The position numbers were made by a program, and so were the translations under genes. A stretch of 64,000 nt of DNA from the human T2T-CHM13v2.0 reference genome, Homo sapiens, in assembly GCF_009914755.1 (NCBI RefSeq), contig NC_060937.1. One strand, written 5' to 3'. The notes beneath the pieces were generated by a model. It was not told where the DNA came from, searched no databases, and saw only the letters and a list, made by a program, of their open reading frames with translations. Below, piece after piece: positions 55,894-64,000 of the stretch. The first letter of the stretch is position 1; each line of letters opens with the position of its first letter.

Positions 55894-57146
55894 CAATGGG
55901 TTCTGATATATTTCTTCACTTAATTTTTGTAGATATTTAGATTCTAGTGTTTCACTTATTTTAATAAAATACTTAATGTATATTTGATTTATAGTGAAGA
56001 AAAGCAATATGTAAAAAAGGAGAAATACAAAAATAGCTATTTATTATTGTCCTTTATCCACCACTGAGCTCTCATCTTTACCACTTAATCTGTGGGAAAA
56101 TTTCATATTTCACGTATTCCTTGAAACACATTACCATGAGTTTAAAGTTATAGATGGTTTTTCGAAGAATGAAGGCTATGAAAACATTTGTCTCTTTGGT
56201 AAAAAACATTTTAAGGCAATTTTATGAACATATGAGTAGATATTTCCTGAATATCTATGATGATAACGCAAAAGAAAAATCCCAGGTTGTGACATAACAA
56301 TTTGTAAAATACTTCAATTGGAGTAGAAACAATTGTGCAAATTACTTCATGTCAGTGAGGCTCAGTAGTTTACTCTGTAGTATGAGAAAATACTACTTTC
56401 TTTACAGTGTTTCTCTAAGAATTTAATTGCACATTACTTTGGAAAGCACTCTAAAAGTTTTTAAGTTTGAAATATGCCTAACATACAAAACAAAATAGAA
56501 TAATATAATAGACATCCACGTATTTACTTCCATATTCAACAATTTTAATTAAACTTGCTTTATATTATTTCTGAGTATTAAAGAGGGAGTCAAAATTTTC
56601 CTCTCCTGAACGATTTCTATTTTATTCTTTCCCTCTCTGGTGTCGCTGTGCAACTTTCTTATTCATATTTCACATTATCATTAAATATGTATGCTTGAAC
56701 AATATTCAGAAATGTTTTATAATTTTTCTTAATTAATACATTTCATCATATTATACTTATTCCAAACATAGTGGTTTCTTACTCAACATTATACTTTTAA
56801 GATTTATTCCCATTGATGCATTTGGGTCCAGCATAATCAAGTGCTGTTTAATATTCTATGAAATAAATGTTGAGTAAGTTAAGGATACTTTCAGTTTACT
56901 TAATAGAAATTCCCGACAACCTTCCATTTAAATTTAGGGGTTGTTTTCTCAAATAATAAAGATTTGGACAGAGAGTCAGTCACTAAATAATGTTATTGTA
57001 AGCCAGGCTCACTTCTTTCCATCAGCAATCCTCACATTCATTCTTAGACCCGTAGCCTCATAACTGAAAGGTAGTTGCTTCAATTCACCGTATTATGCCC
57101 TCACTATTAAGCAAGAACTAGGCTGGTCTCCTATGTACAGCCCCTC

Positions 57147-57148
<2 letters not shown>

Positions 57149-57185
<37 letters not shown>

Positions 57186-57199
57186 GCACACACACACAC
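57149..57199. repeat. (CA)n microsatellite
   Basis: Direct reading. Confidence 0.95.
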
Positions 57200-57534
57200 G
57201 TCTTTATAGGAAGAGAAATAACTTTCTCATAAACCTCACAGGAGATCTCTCTTCAAATATTACTAACCAAGATATAATTTACATGGACTAAAAGGCAAAA
57301 GAGAAACTTTGAAAGTGTTTGTTTATTTTCCATAGTAGAATGCCAGAGAAAGTGGCATATAGAGACTGACTTATGGCTGCTAATAATAACGTCTGCCAAT
57401 AACATGTCACCATTTATTCAAGCATTTTTGTATTGCCCAATATTTAGATTTTCTTCAACTTTTTAATATTATATAGAATACTGAAATAAATCTCTTTGGG
57501 CATATGTGTAATGAGAGTGTCTGTTTATGTACAT

Positions 57535-58030
57535 ATGTGCATTTTGGCTGCTCAGTATCTTAATCACCTTTATATGATTGAGAAACCTTTTATTTTGTGC
57601 CTGTTGTTGCAATGCGGAGCTTGCCACCTACTATAGAAGCTGAAGATAACGGTAATCATTATCTCAGTCTCTGTTGCAGCTAGGGTATGCCCGATGACCT
57701 AAGCTCTATCAATTAGGTTAACCCACTCCCCAGAATTTTAATTATGATATAATGATACATTTAAGCACTATAAAATTCTCACTGGTAGCAATAGCAGTAG
57801 GGGCAAGATCAAGTTACTGAAACAATAGTGACACCCATGTAAGTTATAGCAACTTATCTTTAATGGTGGTGAGCGTGGTTTCCTCACTGAATCAGTTCCC
57901 GGCTCCAGATTTTGGACATATCCTTGACTGTATAGAAACTAATAGTCTTTTGATGAATTTTTGTTTGTTTGTCTACATTAGGCTTAAGCAAGGGAATTTT
58001 TTTTGCCTTGTTGTATTTTGTTTTAACTTT
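57535..58030 (+). mobile_element. LTR33-like ERVL solo LTR
   Basis: ttgcagctagggtatgcccgatgacctaagctctatcaattagg motif. Confidence 0.55.
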
Positions 58031-58384
58031 CATTTGCATATGTGATTGCTCAGGTGGGTACACATTTTCCACGTGTATTAAAAAGTAATATTTCCTCTTT
58101 TATGACACTTTGGTTTCAATATTTTGCCCAATATCCCACTGGATTATTTATTTTTTTCTTATTTATTTGTTGGAATTATACATGTATTCTAGATGCCAAA
58201 CATTTACAAATGTTATAAACACTTATAAAATTTGACCACACCTTCTTTAAATTTGTGGTTTGTCTCTTGATACATAGTTACCATGTTCAGAAATATGGAA
58301 GAAACTCTGGAGATTTTGTATAGTGATTAAAATAACTTGGACTGTGGAGTTATTCATTCAAAAATATTTATTGAGTTTGTATCA

Positions 58385-59517
<1,133 letters not shown>

Positions 59518-60307
59518 AATGTGTGGCGTGCTGGCCAGCATGGTAGATGCTAAAATATCATAGTAAAAATGAGAAATAAAATAATCTTCCCTATAGAAAT
59601 TATACTTTTGTAGAAGATATATGATATTATCCAAAGAAATGATTAATAAAACAGTGAAGTTCTATGAAACAAAAATATAGTGCTGTAAAGTGTAATGACA
59701 TTTATTGAGGTTCAAAGAAAGTCTCCTGAACGACAATCATATGTTTGGGGAATTAATACTTAAGATGTATACTGAATATATGAATATGAAGTATATTAAT
59801 ATTCCTATAAAGCTTGCATAGTAAACTGTGATAAATGTTTAGAGTTGGCAGTTATTGACAAGGCAGCTGATAACCGAAATTTAATAATAAATGAGATTGA
59901 TGAAAGAGTAGAGAAAGATAAAAAGTCACATGAAGGAATCTTTTGATAAACACACCTGAAGAGTTTTAAACTGCTTGCAGGTCAATTAAGATGCAAATTA
60001 ATATGTATTCAAAAGACAATATGTAAGTCATTCACGATCTCCATTAATATGGCTTGTGGGTGGCAGAATTCAGATTACAGAGAGTTAACAAGTAATAATC
60101 TCATAGAACCAAAAGTGGAGATCATAACATAAATAACACATTGATTTTAATTTCCAACTCAAATTAAAAATTAGATTTCATATAAAAATTTGGATTATGG
60201 GTCCTTTTGAAAAATTGGAAACCTTATCAATCTTTCCCTAAACTGGCTTGAAAAAATATTCAACCGGGTTGCTGCCCCTCCTTGAGATTATAGGGTCCAT
60301 ACATTCT

Positions 60308-60676
60308 CTCTCTTTTTTTTTTTATTATACTTTAAGTTCTAGGGTATGTGCGCACAACGTGCAGGTTTGTTACATATGTATACATGTGCCATGTTGGTGT
60401 GCTGCACCCATTAACTCATCATTTACATTAGGTATATCTCCTAATGCTATCCTTCTCCCCTCCCCCCACCCCACGACAGGCCCCAGTGTGTGTTCCCCTT
60501 CCGGTGTCCAAGTGTTCTCATTGTTCATTTCCCACCTATGAGTGAGAACATGCAGTGTTTGGTTTTTTGTCCCTGTGATAGTTTGCTGAGAATGATGATT
60601 TCCAGCTTCATCCATGTCCCTACAAAGGACATGAACCCATCCTTTTTTATGGCTGCATAGTATTCCACTGGTGTAT
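60308..60676 (-). mobile_element. 5'-truncated L1PA (PA4/5-like) 3' end
   Basis: L1 3'UTR with tail; perfect 17-bp TSD tagggtccatacattct at 60291-60307 and 60677-60693. Confidence 0.93.
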
Positions 60677-61341
60677 TAGGGTCCATACATTCTGTATTTC
60701 ATCACTGTCAGTATTGAACTGCATCACTTTTAATATTTCTACCTGGCCTTTCTAGCACTTGCACTCATGGAATCTGCAACATGGAGTTCTTTAAAGAAGA
60801 TAATGTGGAAGAGAAAAATGTGGTGTCTGATAGTAAAAGAGGGTTATGTTTTTTTTTTCTTCCCTTTTTTTTCTTCTCTTCCTTCTTTAAAAAAGTCAAT
60901 AACTGATTGCCAAAACCAAGGTGTATACTGGTTGATATAAATAAGCCCATACATAGAGAGAAATTATAGATAGAACTGAGAAAGTTGAACTCTATTTATG
61001 CCTATTTAATTACTGGAATAACACTTACCAAGCTACTTAAACTCTGGTGCTTAATGTCTTCACTTATACAGTGAGAATTAATACCCACTTCCTGAAGTTA
61101 TCCTGCAGAATAAATGAAATCATGTTTCCAAAGCTTATAAATAGTTCATGACCAAGTAACTATTTAAAAACACATAAAGGAGACACATTATTAATATAGT
61201 AATCAACATACCACAGTGGCTGAAAAAGAATTAAACTCAAAGCACTAAGTTAGTCATTACACAATCCCAGGCTGTTTCACTAGGCAGTTGATGGTAACAC
61301 ATGGGGAAAGCAAAGGGACATCAAGACAATAAATCAAATAC

Positions 61342-61624
61342 ATTCACGTGCTGCTAAACAACAGGGATATGTTCTGAAAATTTGAGAAATGTATCATAAG
61401 GCAATGATGTTTGCCATGCAGATTTCACAGTGTACTTACATAAACCTGTATGATATAGCTTAGAACACACCTAGGTTATAAGGTATAGCCTATTGCTTCT
61501 AGAATACAAACCTGCACAGCATGTTACCATATTGGATAATATAGGCAATTGTAACACAATAATAAATATTTGTGTATCTCAACTTATTGAAATCTAGAAA
61601 AGATACAGTAAAAACACAGTATAA

Positions 61625-61658
<34 letters not shown>

Positions 61659-61920
61659 CAGTACCTATATAGACCACTTAGCACGAATGGCACTTACAGG
61701 GTTGAAAATTGTTCTGGGTGGATCAGTGAGTGATTAGTGAGTGAATGTGAAGGCCTGGGATATTACTGTACACTACAGTAGATGTCTTAAACATTAGGCA
61801 TTAGGATAAATGTATAAAATACATTTTATTTCTTCAATAATACATTAAACTTAGCTTACTGATAATTTTTTGCTTTATAAACTATATTTCATTTTAGCTT
61901 TTTGACTCTTTTGTACTAAA
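61342..61920. mobile_element. Tigger3 (Golem/MER7)-like fragment with internal (AAT)n
   Basis: acacacctaggttataaggtatagcctattgcttctagaatacaaacctgcacagcatgttac and gtgagtgaatgtgaaggcctggga motifs; right end truncated. Confidence 0.8.
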
Positions 61921-61948
61921 ACATTTTGTTTTGGAATAAAGAACCATT

Positions 61949-61954
61949 TTTATT
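61949..61954 (-). terminator. Candidate AATAAA polyadenylation signal of the KRTAP gene
   Basis: tttatt on plus, ~280 nt downstream of the stop codon. Confidence 0.6.
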
Positions 61955-62235
61955 ACAAATGATTGACTTCCCCAATTGTAGATGTTATGAACATTAACAC
62001 AGTCATAACAGAGAATCAGAGATTAAGGGAGCAAAAGATAACATTTGGAAAACAGTCAGATGACACCGTGGATCCTATGGCCATGATTTCATTCAAAGAA
62101 ATGTGAGGCTAGAGGTCCAAGACTCTGTCAAGCATGTAATTCTTGGATATAGAAATCTTGGAGTATGAATCCTTGAATCAGTATTATCTTTAGCCGTGTC
62201 ATTTTAGAAGCAAATTGTCCTCTGACAGTGATGTT

Positions 62236-62565
62236 TTAGCAGGAAGAATAGCATCTTCTAAAGCAAAATGGCCGGTAGCCACAGTAGCCAGAGCCAGAGC
62301 CACATCCACAGCCATAGCCAGTTCCATAACCACAGCCATACCCACAGCCGTAGCCAGTTCCATAGCCACAGCCAGAGCCAGAGCCATAGCCACAGCTGTA
62401 GCCAGAGCCATAGCCACAGCCATAGCTGGAGCCATAGCCACAGCCATAACCAGAGCCATAGCCACAGCCATAGCTGGAGCCATAGCCACAGCCATAACCA
62501 GAGCCATAGCCACAGCCATAGCTGGAGCCATAGCCACAGGAGTTGCCGTAGTAGTTGCAACACAT
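62236..62565 (-). CDS. High glycine-tyrosine keratin-associated protein, KRTAP21-1-like, 109 aa, single exon
   Basis: [14 protein letters not shown]...(CGYGSxYG)n...[17 protein letters not shown]; termini match KRTAP21-1 as recalled; acaacATG context, upstream TATA, downstream AATAAA. Confidence 0.88.
   Translation of the reverse strand: MCCNYYGNSCGYGSSYGCGYGSGYGCGYGSSYGCGYGSGYGCGYGSSYGCGYGSGYSCGYGSGSGCGYGTGYGCGYGCGYGTGYGCGCGSGSGYCGYRPFCFRRCYSSC
62290..62540. repeat. Coding minisatellite, 24-bp units with 48-bp higher-order periodicity
   Basis: gccatagccacagccatagctgga alternating with gccatagccacagccataaccaga. Confidence 0.9.
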
Positions 62566-62643
62566 GTTGTCAAGAGGAGAGAATTGAGATGGGTTTCAAG
62601 AAGATGCTTCTGAGGTGTGGACGTCTTCTACTTCCCTGAGACC

Positions 62644-62651
62644 TTTATATA
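62644..62651 (-). promoter_or_regulatory. TATA box of the KRTAP gene
   Basis: TATATAAA(GG) on minus, ~80 nt upstream of the ATG; implies a TSS near 62620. Confidence 0.8.
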
Positions 62652-63014
62652 ATTGCCAAAGCATATCATTCATTCCCTGACTTAGCCAACAAATATTTAA
62701 ACAATCATTATGTGCCAGTCACTGTTGATCATCAATAATATTTTGCTTAAAATGAGCCAATTATTTTGGAGACTCGAGTTTCATTTCAGGAACATCATTT
62801 TAATCTGCTCTGCCAAAGAACCATCTCAGTGAAATCATGTGCCCAAATATAAAGCTGATACTAATTTTCAAAATGTCCTATCAGTAGATATATATCTTAC
62901 ATAACAAGTTTTGGGGGGATCATAACAAAGTTTTATCCTTTTTCTCTCTCTCTCTTTTTTTCCTAAAACATCTACCTCTACCCATAGTGAAAGAGACAAC
63001 CCTATTCCCTTTCC

Positions 63015-63134
63015 TGAGTCATTACAACTTCTTTGCCAGACTTCTTTCTCCAACTCACTCTGCACTTCCACACCTACCCCTTGTCCAACCTCCCTCAAAT
63101 CCCAAGAAACATATTCACATCTGATCATTCAAAG
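63015..63134. promoter_or_regulatory. Candidate AP-1 (TGAGTCA, 63015-63021) and LEF1/TCF (CTTTGAA on minus, 63128-63134) sites
   Basis: Exact consensus matches 400-500 bp upstream of the KRTAP start; short motifs, so could be chance. Confidence 0.35.
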
Positions 63135-63297
63135 CCAGACTGTATGCTATCTGCAAGTGTTTCTTATATTTTCCTTCCATCCTCCAGGCAAACCAAGACC
63201 CTGGGGAGGCAGAGAAGCCCTCCTTTTGTCTCCCATTTCTTCAGCTATATAAGTAATTGTCATTGAGGAGCCTTTTAAAACCTAACCAGCTTCATTT

Positions 63298-63300
<3 letters not shown>

Positions 63301-63358
<58 letters not shown>
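63301..63358. repeat. (AT)n microsatellite in L1 tail position
   Basis: Direct reading, about 29 units. Confidence 0.95.
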
Positions 63359-63362
<4 letters not shown>

Positions 63363-63802
63363 TTATACTTTAAGTTCTAGGGTACATGAGCACAACGTGC
63401 AAGTTTGTTGCATATGTATACATGTCCCATGTTATACCAACACCGCTGTACCCATTAACTCGTCATTTACATTAGGTATATATCCTAATCCTATCCCTCT
63501 CCCCTCTCCCCACCCCATGACAGGCCCCAGTATGTGATGTTCCCCTTCCTGTGTCCAAGTGTTCTCATTGTTCAATTCTCACCTATGAGGGAGAACATGA
63601 GGCGTTTGCTTTTTTTGTCCCTGTGATAGCTTGCTGAGAATGACGGTTTCCAGCTTCATCCATGTCCTTACAAAGGACATGAACTCATCCTTTTTATGGC
63701 TGCATAGTATTCCACAGTGTATATGTGCCACATTTTCTTAATCCAGTCTATCATTGAAGGACATTTGGGTTGGTTCCAAGTCTTTGCTATTGTGAATAGT
63801 GC
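63358..63802 (-). mobile_element. L1PA 3' fragment, cut off by satellite
   Basis: L1 3'UTR through ...gctattgtgaatagtgc; no TSD visible. Confidence 0.9.
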
Positions 63803-64000
63803 AGGGGGGTGAGGCACCACCCGCAATGTAGGGAGTAAGAGCCAGCCCCTCTCCCCCCCCCGGCTCTTAGGACCCCCATCGCAGGGGGGCGGGTGCCCCC
63901 CGCGATGTGGATGGTCATATCCAGGGGGCGATAGTGGGGTGATATTACTCCCGGATTTTTCCTAGGATCCTTTCTATACTGCCACCCTCGGTTCACACCC
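63803..64000. repeat. Start of GC-rich SATR1/SATR2-associated satellite
   Basis: taagagccagcccctctcccccccccggctcttaggacccccatcgcagggggg, atatccaggggg and gatattactccc motifs resemble SATR units; runs off the window. Confidence 0.7.

Noticed and set aside
62290-62540. Regular short repeats suggesting a CRISPR-like array
   Set aside because: No unique spacers, eukaryotic context, and fully explained as a coding minisatellite.
62199-62639. Alternative-frame ORFs (LWLW, AVAMA, SHSH, AIATA repeats)
   Set aside because: Shadows of the KRTAP coding repeat; only the Gly/Tyr/Cys frame has family-typical termini, start context and TATA.

Overview
This is primate (probably human) AT-rich, repeat-dense genomic DNA, and nearly all ORFs in the track are repeat-derived noise. 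There is one intact protein-coding candidate: a single-exon, Gly/Tyr/Cys-rich keratin-associated protein gene (KRTAP21-1-like, 109 aa, 62236-62565, minus strand). It has its own TATA box and poly(A) signal, no other KRTAP lies in the ~62 kb on its 3' side, and it sits ~1.2 kb from an abrupt junction into GC-rich SATR-type satellite. Other main features are: a frameshifted processed pseudogene of PP1 inhibitor-2 (PPP1R2) whose 5' end is a well-preserved CpG island capped by a BANP/CGCG motif; a U6 snRNA-L1 chimera with a ~5.1 kb L1 part; a full-length L1PA7/8-like element with a second 3' end containing a perfect 32-bp hairpin; a decayed ERV-L; a near full-length Tigger4; a four-level nest of five transposons; and several Alus and LTRs. 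From recall, not verified, this combination fits human 13q21.31 beside the OR7E/SATR duplicons. Repeat subfamily names come from remembered consensus sequences and need RepeatMasker/Dfam confirmation. I see no clearly new multi-gene system. The best leads are the orphan KRTAP gene and the possible promoter carried in by the PPP1R2 retrocopy.
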